Shown here: positions 47,016 to 56,690 of the stretch, one piece after another
How positions within the stretch are numbered: position 1 is the stretch's first letter
Layout: each line of letters opens with the position of its first letter
Assembly: GCA_016699085.1 (NCBI GenBank)
Contig: CP064958.1
Span: 67,785 to 131,784 of the forward strand
Direction: 5' to 3'
DNA: 64,000 bases
Source of the DNA: Candidatus Nomurabacteria bacterium
Lineage (GTDB): Bacteria; Patescibacteriota; Minisyncoccia; Phycocordibacterales; UBA9973
Made by a program: the position numbers and the translations under genes
Notes under the pieces: generated by a model
Seen by the model: only the letters and a program-made list of their open reading frames with translations
Databases searched by the model: none
What the model was told of the DNA's origin: nothing

Positions 47016-47750
47016 TTATTTTATAATTAAACTATGACGACTTTTAAAACTTGAATTAACCAGTATGGTCAACTCATAAATCAAGACCATGGGCAATGCC
47101 ATTAAGACTAATGATAGACCATCAGTGGGTGGAAGTAAAGAAACGAGAATAAATATAAAAACAATCGCATGGCGTCGCTTGGAGCGCAGGTAGCGCACGG
47201 TAGTAAAACCAGTTCTAATGAGAAAGGTAATGACTATGGGGAATTCAAACACAAGTCCGAGGAGTGATGCAGTAAGTACAATCTCTGAGACAAATCGTGT
47301 AATATCCCAGTAATTTACAATACCAAGTGTTGTGTTGAGGTGGGCAATCGTTTCAATCGCAAAATAAAGTATTGCGAATCCATAGCCAAATCCTAAAAAA
47401 AAGAGCGGGATAGATACAGGTATTAATGCAATAAATAATTTTTTTTCAAGTTTTAATAAACCTGGACTCAGAAATGCATATAAATGATAGACGAAAAATG
47501 GTGTTACGACGACACTGGCAAGAAAGAACCCTGCACTCATAGCAAGATTTATAAGTTGAAAGGGTGCCGTAGTAACTATCAGCACATCTTTTATTGCAAG
47601 ATGCTTAATAAATAACTTTATGAGCGGACTTGTAGTAAAAAATCCAATGATAAATACAAGTGCAAAAATTCTTAAGAGAGATAGGAGTCGCCACTGTAAT
47701 TCATTAAAATAATTACTATATTGATGGAGATATTGATGCAAGCCATCCAT
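47016..47750 (-). CDS. tatC: Sec-independent translocase TatC.
   Basis: 6 transmembrane helices; 'LSPGLLKLEKKL', 'FEFPIV', 'LRSKRRHAIVFIFILVSLLPPTDGLSLVLMALPMVLIYEL' TatC signatures. Confidence 0.9.
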   Translation of the reverse strand: MDGLHQYLHQYSNYFNELQWRLLSLLRIFALVFIIGFFTTSPLIKLFIKHLAIKDVLIVTTAPFQLINLAMSAGFFLASVVVTPFFVYHLYAFLSPGLLKLEKKLFIALIPVSIPLFFLGFGYGFAILYFAIETIAHLNTTLGIVNYWDITRFVSEIVLTASLLGLVFEFPIVITFLIRTGFTTVRYLRSKRRHAIVFIFILVSLLPPTDGLSLVLMALPMVLIYELTILVNSSFKSRHSLIIK

Positions 47751-47754
47751 AATA

Positions 47755-48621
47755 TTATGGTAATTTCTTCTTAGGCTTCGGCTTTACCATATTAATACTA
47801 GGATCTTGTACAGGTGCGATGGGTATTACTTCTATTGAACTTGTGGGTAGTTCTGGTTCAGGCACTGGGGTCGATTCGTCTGGTTCTGGCTCAACAATTG
47901 GCACGACTGGTGCTTCTTTTGGTACTTCAGAGTTTGTCACAGGCGAGTCAGATGGCTCATCATGAGAAATAGGTGGGCTTACAATATTGACACGATGATC
48001 ATTAAGCCAATCTGCAACTGCATCGACACCATCACTCCATGATGGATAGGTTCTCGTATCCACTCCATTATTACCGACATTACCAGGGTTATTGGTTTTA
48101 GCCCCAATACCAAGAGTGCCAAAAACAGAATCAAGTTCTATGAGTGCCATCATCAATCGGACATCAATATTGTATTTTACACCTGAATCAAAAATCATTT
48201 GCCCAGTAAGCGGACTTTCAACAGCAGTAAATCTGACATACTGCTCAATTTCTTCTGCTGAACTCATGGTGCCCATTTTTTCTAGGATACTCTGAATCTT
48301 TTTTTCATGATCAGGATCTACTGCATACGAAGTAATATCATATTCAAGCAAACATTTTGTAGCATCTGTTATCGTCGTAGGATTAAACGCAGCTTCAATA
48401 CCCTTCTTTACTACATCAGCTTCTGAAAAGGGAGTATTCACTGCCGTCTCTTCAATACTAGAGAGTAATTTTAATTTGGAAACTGTATTTTGCACATCAA
48501 GAATTTCAGCATCTACTGCCACAATCCTCTCCAAATCACCTGACTGGAAAGCCTGATCTTTCGCAAGGGTCAAGCCATTTAATCTATTCGTCAATAATTG
48601 TATTAAATAATCTATATTCAT
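47755..48621 (-). CDS. Coiled-coil protein with a possible glucosaminidase-like (peptidoglycan hydrolase) segment and a Pro-rich C-terminus.
   Basis: 'MALIELDSVFGTLGIGAKTNNPGNVGN' resembles FlgJ/GH73-type motifs. C-terminus 'PVVPIVEPEPDESTPVPEPELP'. Confidence 0.35.
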   Translation of the reverse strand: MNIDYLIQLLTNRLNGLTLAKDQAFQSGDLERIVAVDAEILDVQNTVSKLKLLSSIEETAVNTPFSEADVVKKGIEAAFNPTTITDATKCLLEYDITSYAVDPDHEKKIQSILEKMGTMSSAEEIEQYVRFTAVESPLTGQMIFDSGVKYNIDVRLMMALIELDSVFGTLGIGAKTNNPGNVGNNGVDTRTYPSWSDGVDAVADWLNDHRVNIVSPPISHDEPSDSPVTNSEVPKEAPVVPIVEPEPDESTPVPEPELPTSSIEVIPIAPVQDPSINMVKPKPKKKLP

Positions 48622-48627
48622 AAATAA

Positions 48628-51477
48628 TTAAAAGAAAAGAAGCATTCGCCACATTTCAGCTCCAGTATGACGCATTACGTACAAATATTTCAATCCGTCT
48701 GTGGTCTCTATTATTTCCATTCTATTACCAATAATTGCTGTGGAATGACCATATGGAATTGTTCCTAAAGATTTTACTTCATTTGTAGAAAAATTATATG
48801 CATAGATTCTACCTGTAGCATTTTTAGTAAAATAAATAGTATTTTCTCCATCATATGCATACATAGACCCCGTCGTAAGAGTTTCTGCTTGTGGTGAAAA
48901 GAAATACCCATACGTCCACCGGGAAGTGGTTATGTCATAAATATCAGCTGTATTAGAGGCACCACCTCTCGGTAAAAAAATATATTTACCTTTCGTTGCA
49001 CTATCACTATTTCCCCAAACCCACAATAATTGCATTCCGGCACCTCTTGCTGGAATACCCAAGATCGCATACGTAGAAGTTGTGTCTGTCAGAGTAAGTG
49101 CTGCTGTGGTAAGTGCGGTTGCAGTATTTGAAGTAATGGTTGCCTCCTGACCAAGCGCTGTTCCTCCTGTAATACGCAACCTCTTACCGGCCCACATATT
49201 TGTAGTCCAGTTTTTTGTGGTTGTCTCTGTGACTGGTGTTGTTGTACCACCAGCTGTTATTAAACCCCAACTATCTGCTATTTCATAATGGGTAGTACTA
49301 TCAGGAGTAAAAGATTGAGTAGCATAAGTAAGAGTGGTACTAGTATTTGAAACAACAGAAATAATACCACTTGCAAAACCTGTGCCTGCTTCTATTCGAA
49401 GCTTATATCCTGCCCAGCAGTTGGTCACCCAACTCTTTGATGAATCAACGAGTGTCGTGGTCGACCCCCCTGACGCATGTCCCCAGTTTTGCATATTTGC
49501 AGGTTTAAACTGATTGTCAGTGCCAAAAACTTTTGAATCATAAATTGCGTATCTTGAAGTTCCATTCACACCCGCTACAATAGTCGCCACCGTTAATGTA
49601 GTAGCAGTGTTCGCAGTAATCCATCGTGTCTGACTAGTAGGTGCAGTACCAGCAACTGATAGATGTACCAACTTTCCAACATGTTCATTTGTTGTCCATG
49701 CTTTTGATGCATCTACAATTAACGTCGTTGACTGAGAACTATTTGCAGCCATACTTGCAGTTGCAGTAGTAGCTACATCAAAAGTAGTTGTACTTCCAGC
49801 ACCTAATATAGTATGGGCTGTATTATAAGCTGCTTCAGAGCACCCAGCGAAAGTCACTGAGTCTCCTGTTTTAAACCAGTTCGCTGTGGGTGTTGTAATC
49901 AGACAAGTTACCCCTACTGAAGTTATTTCAATAGTACAACCAGATCCTGTGCCACCCGTAGTCGCCTTACCTGTACCAGTAGTAAATCCAGTAACCGTGC
50001 CAGAAGCAACAAGCTCTATCGCAGTAACAACACCAGTAGAACCTGAAAAAGTAGTAGCTGTAACAATAACACGGGCACCTGTGCCTCCTACTGAGCACGT
50101 CAAAATATCTCCGACTAAATATCCTGTCCCACCTGCTGTAGGTGTTGAGTTTACTGCTGTCACACCAGCTGCAATTCTTGCACCACTTGTCACACCAAGT
50201 GCATCCCAACCATTCATCTTTACCGATATATTTGTTGTAACTCCGTAATCAAAATTTTGACCTTGCATCCAGAAATCATTTTCAGGTGAATATGCGTACA
50301 TTGCACCAGCCGCACCTCCTGCTAGAAACATTTTGTCATAATCGCCCCACACTTCATAAAGAGAAGTTGCGTCTGGATTTGTATCCCATGGTTTAACTAC
50401 AGTAAACACCGTCGCTGTATTACAGACAATCCTTCGGTGTTGCCCCATTCCTGTGCCCCCAGTGATACGAATACGATAATTAACATATCTATCTACTGTC
50501 ATTGTTTGTGTGGAATCAGTCAAAGTTCTCGCAGCGCCAGCCGTAGCAGTAGAAGAAACAAATGCTGTACCTGTTTTTGCCAATCGTTCAACGGAACAAT
50601 CAGTACCTAGTGCTGCTTGTATTAAACCTTGATTACAAGTCTTTGTTTGCCAAGAATCATGTAAAATATCGTAATATTGTAGAGTAAAAAATGGTGCCGA
50701 TGCCGCAGACGACAAAACATAAATCCCTCCAGTGGTTGTTGTAAAATACGAAGTATAATCTGGTGTGACATCCCAAGTAGATACGGTGTATGTGTGGGAT
50801 AAAATTTGGAAATGTGCCTGAGAACCAGCAGTGGTAACAGGAAGCGCATAAGGTGCTACCGCTACGAAGGGTTGGTTGTTCCAAGATTCGTGTGGTTGTA
50901 AGTTTACATCATATATATAGAGAGTGGTTGCATCATTATATAAAATCTTCTTATATTGTGTCGCATCTGTACCGAACGTAATACCTACAAGATAGCCTGA
51001 CCATTGATTAAATTTCCACTTTTTAGTGGAATCAGCCAAAGTTGAAGTAGTAGTACCCGTAATCACACCTGCATCGTGAATGGTCTCACTGGTATACGTG
51101 AGTACTTTTTCTTGACCAGCACCTGTGCCGGTTAATATTTTTAATGTTTTACCATTGAGAGTGGGCCCACGAAGCCCCGCTATTTGAATAGTTGTTGCTG
51201 TCGCACTGAGTACCCGACCATGATAGCCACGGAAACCAGTATAGCGTGCAGACAAAGTGGTTACAGGAGTAGTGTTTGGCGTTGAGAGTTGTTGCCAAGT
51301 ATCAGCATAGGTATCATATCTATACAGTGTGGCAGTAGAAATATAATACAGGAATCGAGCAGATCCATCATCAGATGTAGCAAGCCCTGAAAGTGCAGCA
51401 GTGTTGGTGGGGGCAAAACGACACCACTCCCAGACTGGTAAATCAACCTGTGCTTTTAAATTATTGGTGACTGCCAT
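48628..51477 (-). CDS. Giant Thr/Gly-rich protein (949 aa) with at least six internal 45-aa repeats and no obvious signal peptide.
   Basis: Repeats of the form 'T.xDSxKxWxTNxWAGxxLRIxxGTGxGQxxxIxSNTATxLT', seen 6 times. Confidence 0.5.
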   Translation of the reverse strand: MAVTNNLKAQVDLPVWEWCRFAPTNTAALSGLATSDDGSARFLYYISTATLYRYDTYADTWQQLSTPNTTPVTTLSARYTGFRGYHGRVLSATATTIQIAGLRGPTLNGKTLKILTGTGAGQEKVLTYTSETIHDAGVITGTTTSTLADSTKKWKFNQWSGYLVGITFGTDATQYKKILYNDATTLYIYDVNLQPHESWNNQPFVAVAPYALPVTTAGSQAHFQILSHTYTVSTWDVTPDYTSYFTTTTGGIYVLSSAASAPFFTLQYYDILHDSWQTKTCNQGLIQAALGTDCSVERLAKTGTAFVSSTATAGAARTLTDSTQTMTVDRYVNYRIRITGGTGMGQHRRIVCNTATVFTVVKPWDTNPDATSLYEVWGDYDKMFLAGGAAGAMYAYSPENDFWMQGQNFDYGVTTNISVKMNGWDALGVTSGARIAAGVTAVNSTPTAGGTGYLVGDILTCSVGGTGARVIVTATTFSGSTGVVTAIELVASGTVTGFTTGTGKATTGGTGSGCTIEITSVGVTCLITTPTANWFKTGDSVTFAGCSEAAYNTAHTILGAGSTTTFDVATTATASMAANSSQSTTLIVDASKAWTTNEHVGKLVHLSVAGTAPTSQTRWITANTATTLTVATIVAGVNGTSRYAIYDSKVFGTDNQFKPANMQNWGHASGGSTTTLVDSSKSWVTNCWAGYKLRIEAGTGFASGIISVVSNTSTTLTYATQSFTPDSTTHYEIADSWGLITAGGTTTPVTETTTKNWTTNMWAGKRLRITGGTALGQEATITSNTATALTTAALTLTDTTSTYAILGIPARGAGMQLLWVWGNSDSATKGKYIFLPRGGASNTADIYDITTSRWTYGYFFSPQAETLTTGSMYAYDGENTIYFTKNATGRIYAYNFSTNEVKSLGTIPYGHSTAIIGNRMEIIETTDGLKYLYVMRHTGAEMWRMLLFF

Positions 51478-51481
51478 ATAA

Positions 51482-52195
51482 CTATGAAAAAACTAAATTA
51501 CTTCTAATTCCATTTGCTGAGGCATTTCTTGCTGTATCAATATACAGATAACGTCCATCAACGCCTCCTAATGCCACGAGATTGGTTGCTGATGTAAGTG
51601 TCGAGACAGTAGTTACCGTTGTTACGGTTCCCACAGTAGTGACAGTACCAAGTGTAAGTGAAGCCGAAATTGCATCAAGGGTGATTTTTTGTCTTTGTGC
51701 TGTATCAACGACTGCCAACGAGTCTACTTGTTTTACCAATCTACGCAGAAGCATTGCACTATCATCAGTTGCGGGATTTACTTGGGTGCTTGTAGTGTCT
51801 TTTACCGTAACACTGCTCGTTCCTCCAGTGGAAGCAGTAAGTAGGTTATTACTCCCATCAAAGGTAAGGTTTGCTGTTTTTGCTTGAATGAGAGCGAGGG
51901 TAGTCTCAGTGGCAGGATCGATCCGTACATTAGAGATATTTTTTACTCCAACAACACTTGAAGATGGAGTACTTCCCATGATCAACGCCTCGGCTTTTTT
52001 AGGCAACAATTGTGACGCTACCAAACCGACACCGGCAATGCCGGCAACTTTTAGAAAATTTCTTTTACCGTTATCAGTCTCTAATGAATGTTTATTATTT
52101 CCATTTCGCGCACTACCTGAGCCTGGTTTTACAATACTACTTAATGTATTTCTAGAAATTAATTTGAAGGAATATTTGATTGGAATGATATACAT
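51482..52195 (-). CDS. Exported Thr-rich repeat protein (237 aa) with a twin-arginine-like (KR) signal peptide.
   Basis: 'NGKRNFLKVAGIAGVGLVASQLLPKKAEA' is a Tat-type n-region plus h-region plus AxA cleavage site. C-terminus 'TVGTVTTVTTVSTLTS'. Confidence 0.5.
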   Translation of the reverse strand: MYIIPIKYSFKLISRNTLSSIVKPGSGSARNGNNKHSLETDNGKRNFLKVAGIAGVGLVASQLLPKKAEALIMGSTPSSSVVGVKNISNVRIDPATETTLALIQAKTANLTFDGSNNLLTASTGGTSSVTVKDTTSTQVNPATDDSAMLLRRLVKQVDSLAVVDTAQRQKITLDAISASLTLGTVTTVGTVTTVTTVSTLTSATNLVALGGVDGRYLYIDTARNASANGIRSNLVFS

Positions 52196-52268
52196 AGATT
52201 CGTAAATTTATTATATGTTATATTTTATCTTTTGCAATCACGAAAATGAGTCAGAAAAATTTCCTGTG

Positions 52269-53150
52269 CTATTTATTGAGCAACGCTTTCACGCGATCCT
52301 CCATCGGCGGATGTGTCATCCAGAGTTTTGCAAAACTGCTGGTCTTACCTTTTGGATCTGCAACGTAGAGATGAGCTATAGCGTTGGATTGACGTGCCAT
52401 GGGTGTACTGTACTGACTGATCTTGGTCAGTGCATTTGCCAAACCTTCAGGATAGCGTGTCAAAAGTGCACCGGATGCATCTGCTAAATATTCACGTTTC
52501 CTTGATATCGCAAGCTGTATGAGCGTAGCAAAAATCGGTGCAAGGATTGCGAGCACAATACCAATAATCATAAAAAAGTTTCCCCCACCTTCCCTATCTC
52601 TACCACGACCGCCAAATAGTTGTGCCCGCAAAAACATATCCGCAACGATAGAAATAAATCCCGCTAGTACAACAGCAACCGTCGCGACCAAAATATCACG
52701 ATTGCCAACATGTGAGAGCTCATGCGCAATCACCCCTTCTAACTCACTTCGATCTAGTATTGCCAAGATGCCTGTCGTTACCGCTATTGCTGCATGCTCT
52801 TTATTGCGACCAGTAGCAAATGCATTGGGCGCAGGATCGTTGATGACATAGAGCTTGGGTTTCGGCAGGCCGGCAGTAATAGAGAGATTCTCAACAATAC
52901 TATGAAGCTCTCGGTATACGCTTGGATCAGCTGGTTTAGCACCTGCAAGTTTAATCGCAATCTTATCTGAGTACCAATAGCCAATAATATTCATGACAAT
53001 ACTAAAGAAAAAGAAAGCGTAGAGGATCGTAGGATTCTGGTAGACTTGTGCAAACACAAAACCAATACCGACCACGAGCACAAGGAAAACACTCATGAGG
53101 AGCCAGGTCTTCGTGACATTTTTGGATTGTTGGGTATAGAGCGTTGCCAT
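52269..53150 (-). CDS. htpX: Zinc metalloprotease HtpX (peptidase M48).
   Basis: N-terminal transmembrane helices and 'HELSHVGNRD' (HExxH). Confidence 0.85.
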   Translation of the reverse strand: MATLYTQQSKNVTKTWLLMSVFLVLVVGIGFVFAQVYQNPTILYAFFFFSIVMNIIGYWYSDKIAIKLAGAKPADPSVYRELHSIVENLSITAGLPKPKLYVINDPAPNAFATGRNKEHAAIAVTTGILAILDRSELEGVIAHELSHVGNRDILVATVAVVLAGFISIVADMFLRAQLFGGRGRDREGGGNFFMIIGIVLAILAPIFATLIQLAISRKREYLADASGALLTRYPEGLANALTKISQYSTPMARQSNAIAHLYVADPKGKTSSFAKLWMTHPPMEDRVKALLNK

Positions 53151-53192
53151 GTAGGTATTTTAGCAAATTTTAGACACATTTGCGCTAAAAAT

Positions 53193-53221
53193 AAAACTAC
53201 CCTTTTTGGGGGTAGTTTTTT
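53193..53221 (-). terminator. Terminator for the 53220..53423 gene.
   Basis: ACTACCC-tttttgg-GGGTAGT with flanking T/A runs. Confidence 0.5.
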
Positions 53222-53423
53222 ACTGTTTAGCAGCGAGTATAAATAGCTTCTGCCGGAATTCATCGGGAGAAAGCTTTTCTTGTCTAAATTCATCTTTAAG
53301 TGTTTGGTACTCTGGAGTATCCTTTGCTTTACGAACAAGACTCCAAATTGACAATTCACCGCTAGATTTTTTTAAAACTTGAAGCTTCTGCTTTTTTTCG
53401 GTGTTATTATTTGTCGTTTCCAT
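53220..53423 (-). CDS. Small hypothetical protein (67 aa).
   Basis: ORF only. Confidence 0.3.
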   Translation of the reverse strand: METTNNNTEKKQKLQVLKKSSGELSIWSLVRKAKDTPEYQTLKDEFRQEKLSPDEFRQKLFILAAKQ

Positions 53424-53442
53424 TTGATTTTATAATAGCACT

Positions 53443-54624
53443 CTAAGCAACAGCTGTCAATATATGACGCTCCTTTAAGGATATACGATTCTTGTATGCC
53501 TTAGCAAAAGTGATATTTTTATCTACGATTACTGAACTAATTTTATGTGCCCTAGCAATATTACCTAGAGGGATTTTTTCATCAATCGTGTCTTGTGATA
53601 ACTCATGTTTCCCTGCCCAAATTTCAAGTAGCTTTAAATGTTCATCGTATTTAGGATCATCGGCTATATTAAACAATTGATGTGCATCACGGGATCGCAC
53701 TAATGTAGCTAACTCATCAATTGAAAAATCAGCTTCAACCTCATGTAAATAGTCCAAGATGAGCGTGTCTGTAATTTCTATTTCTTTTAATTTTTCTATA
53801 TTTTGGTCCAAAAAATATACCCCGAAGTAGCCATATTTTTCATGAAGTGCATTGAGTAATTGTATTCTTTTTTCGATAATTGCTTCCTGGTTTGCTTCAA
53901 TAAATGCTTCATTAGCATTTTTAAATGCATGAGCTTGGCTGTATATATCCAAAGAATCAATATATTCTTGATGAGCATATTCGCTTGCGTGACGTTCATT
54001 TGGATCGATTACCCCACGTTTTACCTGAACCAATATTACTTCTAATATTTCATTTGAGAAAGGTTCAGAAATTATCTGAACAAGATCTATTTTATGTTTT
54101 ACATCGAGAGTATTATTTGTTCCTATAATACTATCCATCCCTTTATATTGCTCATTCCCATTAAATGATGAATTCATTTCCTCAACTACTTCTGCAACCT
54201 TCTCAACACCGAGCATCATCCCTTCTATATATTGCTGGACGTTTCTTGTGGCTTCGGGTTCTATTTCATCTTTTTTATTTTTATTCTTTTCTTCAACAAA
54301 ATATCTTGTATAGTCTGAAACAAAACGAGGAAGATTATTAAGCTTATTATTCACCACCAGCTCAAGTATACGATTTTGGAATACAACCTCTGGCAGATAC
54401 AAAGTTCGACGGTCTGGGTCATCATTTTTTGTAAATTTTCGAATAGTTTCTATCGTTCTTGCATCTAGACCATTCACATGAATTGCAGCAATTTTTCTAA
54501 AAAATGCTTCTTGTTCTTCAATCTTTAGTCCTGGCACAATGCTTAAATCATTTATATTTTCTTGTCGATATTCAGTCTGACTGTTTTTTTTCTTATCTTT
54601 CCCAACAAATAGTGAAAATTCCAT
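53443..54624 (-). CDS. Hypothetical cytoplasmic protein (393 aa).
   Basis: ORF only. Confidence 0.4.
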   Translation of the reverse strand: MEFSLFVGKDKKKNSQTEYRQENINDLSIVPGLKIEEQEAFFRKIAAIHVNGLDARTIETIRKFTKNDDPDRRTLYLPEVVFQNRILELVVNNKLNNLPRFVSDYTRYFVEEKNKNKKDEIEPEATRNVQQYIEGMMLGVEKVAEVVEEMNSSFNGNEQYKGMDSIIGTNNTLDVKHKIDLVQIISEPFSNEILEVILVQVKRGVIDPNERHASEYAHQEYIDSLDIYSQAHAFKNANEAFIEANQEAIIEKRIQLLNALHEKYGYFGVYFLDQNIEKLKEIEITDTLILDYLHEVEADFSIDELATLVRSRDAHQLFNIADDPKYDEHLKLLEIWAGKHELSQDTIDEKIPLGNIARAHKISSVIVDKNITFAKAYKNRISLKERHILTAVA

Positions 54625-54662
54625 ATCTATATTATACCATACTAATAAGTATTTAGCAAAAT

Positions 54663-55160
54663 CTACTGAAATACAACTGGAATTTTGATTGACTTGTCAT
54701 GCTCAGGTAATCCGGATGCATTGTCAGCTCGAATCACAATATAGCCAGGACCAGGTGCAATGCCAATAAGGTCAAGGGCGGAAGTAAACGTTACAGGTCC
54801 TATTGTCATCCATTCTGTTATCGCCATCCCATGTGTTTGTTTTAGGATATTCCCTGCTGTGTCTTCTATCGTAATGCCAATATTGCCTTCAAAGAAATAA
54901 GCACCTTGCACTGTCGCTAATAGGATCACCTCCCCACCAATACTGTCGCCTGGTTTAATAGAGCTAAACACGAGATCATCTTTATTTCCCGAAACCTCAA
55001 GTGGTACGGGTTGATAATCAGGTTCATCAGTATTACCTATGGTCTGGGTCTCACCATCTGGCCCCACAGGAGCTCGCACGGGAACATTTTTGACTATAAA
55101 CAAGAGCGCCAGGAGTAGGATAATAACAACTACAAGAATAATCAGATTCTTTGTCTTCAT
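54663..55160 (-). CDS. Secreted or membrane-anchored hypothetical protein (165 aa).
   Basis: N-terminal transmembrane segment. Confidence 0.4.
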   Translation of the reverse strand: MKTKNLIILVVVIILLLALLFIVKNVPVRAPVGPDGETQTIGNTDEPDYQPVPLEVSGNKDDLVFSSIKPGDSIGGEVILLATVQGAYFFEGNIGITIEDTAGNILKQTHGMAITEWMTIGPVTFTSALDLIGIAPGPGYIVIRADNASGLPEHDKSIKIPVVFQ

Positions 55161-55162
55161 CT

Positions 55163-55750
55163 TTATTGGAATTTAACTGAAGCTAAATCGATAAATGCAG
55201 CCGTTGTTGCATTAACTTTGTTCTTGACTGTTATAACAATTGCGCCACCAGAAGTATTTTGGAGGATGAATGTTGTACTACCAGGCTGTACTGCTGAGTA
55301 ACATTTTGTATATAAATTATTACCAAAGACGGCAGGACCATCCACTGTAACAGCACCCGGAACTGCACAAGCTGTCTCTGGTGTAATGCCTTTTGCGTAG
55401 CTAATTACATCGACTTCATCGAGACCACCAGAATTGTAACCACGGACTGCGTACGTACCCTTTGGACTTGCTTGTTCAACAACAGTTGAAGCGAGTGGAT
55501 ACTGGAATGAAAAATCAGCCGACATAAATGTCTGAGTTACATTTGTAGGAGTAGGTGTTGTATTATTTGTATTCTCGTTATTTTCTGTATTTTGTGGCAA
55601 AACACTATTGTTATCATCAATAACAGGAGAGCCTATATATCCATCATCACTTTTACGACCAAAATCACCGATGGCAAATATACCAATGGCAACAATAGCC
55701 AAAATAACGATTATGAGTAATGCTTTACCTGTAGGTTGTTTATTTTCCAT
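55163..55750 (-). CDS. Secreted or membrane-anchored hypothetical protein (195 aa).
   Basis: N-terminal transmembrane segment and an Asn/Thr-rich linker. Confidence 0.4.
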   Translation of the reverse strand: MENKQPTGKALLIIVILAIVAIGIFAIGDFGRKSDDGYIGSPVIDDNNSVLPQNTENNENTNNTTPTPTNVTQTFMSADFSFQYPLASTVVEQASPKGTYAVRGYNSGGLDEVDVISYAKGITPETACAVPGAVTVDGPAVFGNNLYTKCYSAVQPGSTTFILQNTSGGAIVITVKNKVNATTAAFIDLASVKFQ

Positions 55751-55903
55751 ATAATTTTAAATTATGACTAATGACTTAAGTATACGCCTATTTAGTGTGA
55801 TTGTCGCCTGTTTACAATATCTCACAATAGATAGCTACGATTAATTACAATTCAAATTATTTCGGAATGTTTTTAATTAAATAATTATTTTTCATAAAGT
55901 AAG

Positions 55904-56650
55904 TTACTTCTTAATAAATCCTTCGAGAGCTTTCAATGTTTCTACAGGCACCATGTAGACGACCGTATTTGATTGGTCAGATGACATATCATTGATCGAC
56001 TGAAGGGTGCGCAAATGAAGCGCCCCAGGAGCAGACGCTAGCATTTCAGCAGCTTTGGCCATATTGGCAGACGCTGCTAACTCTCCTTCAGATGTGATAA
56101 TCACTGCTCGCTTCTCGCGTTCAGCTTCAGCTTGTTTGCCGATCGTGCGTTCCATTTCAAGCGGCAAGCTCACGTCTTTGAGTTCAACATTTTGGACTTT
56201 GAGCCCCCAAGCATCAGTCTCTTTATCCACTGTCTCACGTATTCGATCCGCGATCTGATCTCGTTCGGCCAAAAGCTCATCGAGTGTTACTGACCCGACA
56301 ATGTTACGCATTGTAGTCTGTGCATACTGTGAAATCGCATGCTGGAAATTTTCAACTTCGATCACCGCTTTGGCTGCGTCGCTCACTTTGTAGTAAATAA
56401 CAGCATTTACTTTGACAGATACATTATCCCGAGTGATGGCATTCTGATCTGGCACATCAACAGCTTTGATACGAATATCAACTTTTTGAAATGATTGAAA
56501 TATCGGAATGATGAGGCGCCACCCAGGATTCATGAGCCCACTATAGCGACCCAAAGTAAAGCGCACGCCGCGCTGGTATTGATTGATCTGCTTGATACTA
56601 GCGATCAAAATAAAGAAGACAACAAGTAAAAGGATGTAGATAAGTGTCAT
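55904..56650 (-). CDS. SPFH/band-7 (stomatin/prohibitin-like) membrane protein.
   Basis: N-terminal transmembrane segment plus an SPFH domain with a C-terminal coiled coil ('EAEREKRA'). Confidence 0.8.
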   Translation of the reverse strand: MTLIYILLLVVFFILIASIKQINQYQRGVRFTLGRYSGLMNPGWRLIIPIFQSFQKVDIRIKAVDVPDQNAITRDNVSVKVNAVIYYKVSDAAKAVIEVENFQHAISQYAQTTMRNIVGSVTLDELLAERDQIADRIRETVDKETDAWGLKVQNVELKDVSLPLEMERTIGKQAEAEREKRAVIITSEGELAASANMAKAAEMLASAPGALHLRTLQSINDMSSDQSNTVVYMVPVETLKALEGFIKK

Positions 56651-56690
56651 AAAATTTAATTAATTTCTACTAGAGTTACATTTCTAAATA

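Noticed and set aside
46631-47026. Plus-strand ORFs 46631..47026 and 46702..46923.
   Set aside because: They are antisense to two well-formed tatA genes (TatA signatures on the minus strand); their low-complexity translations have no motifs.
47755-52195. Giant T/G-rich repeat protein plus glucosaminidase-like protein as a prophage tail-fibre/lysin pair.
   Set aside because: No terminase, portal, capsid, integrase or att-like repeats in the flanks. The genes are embedded in a Tat/cohesin-dockerin cluster. Phage origin is kept only as an alternative hypothesis.
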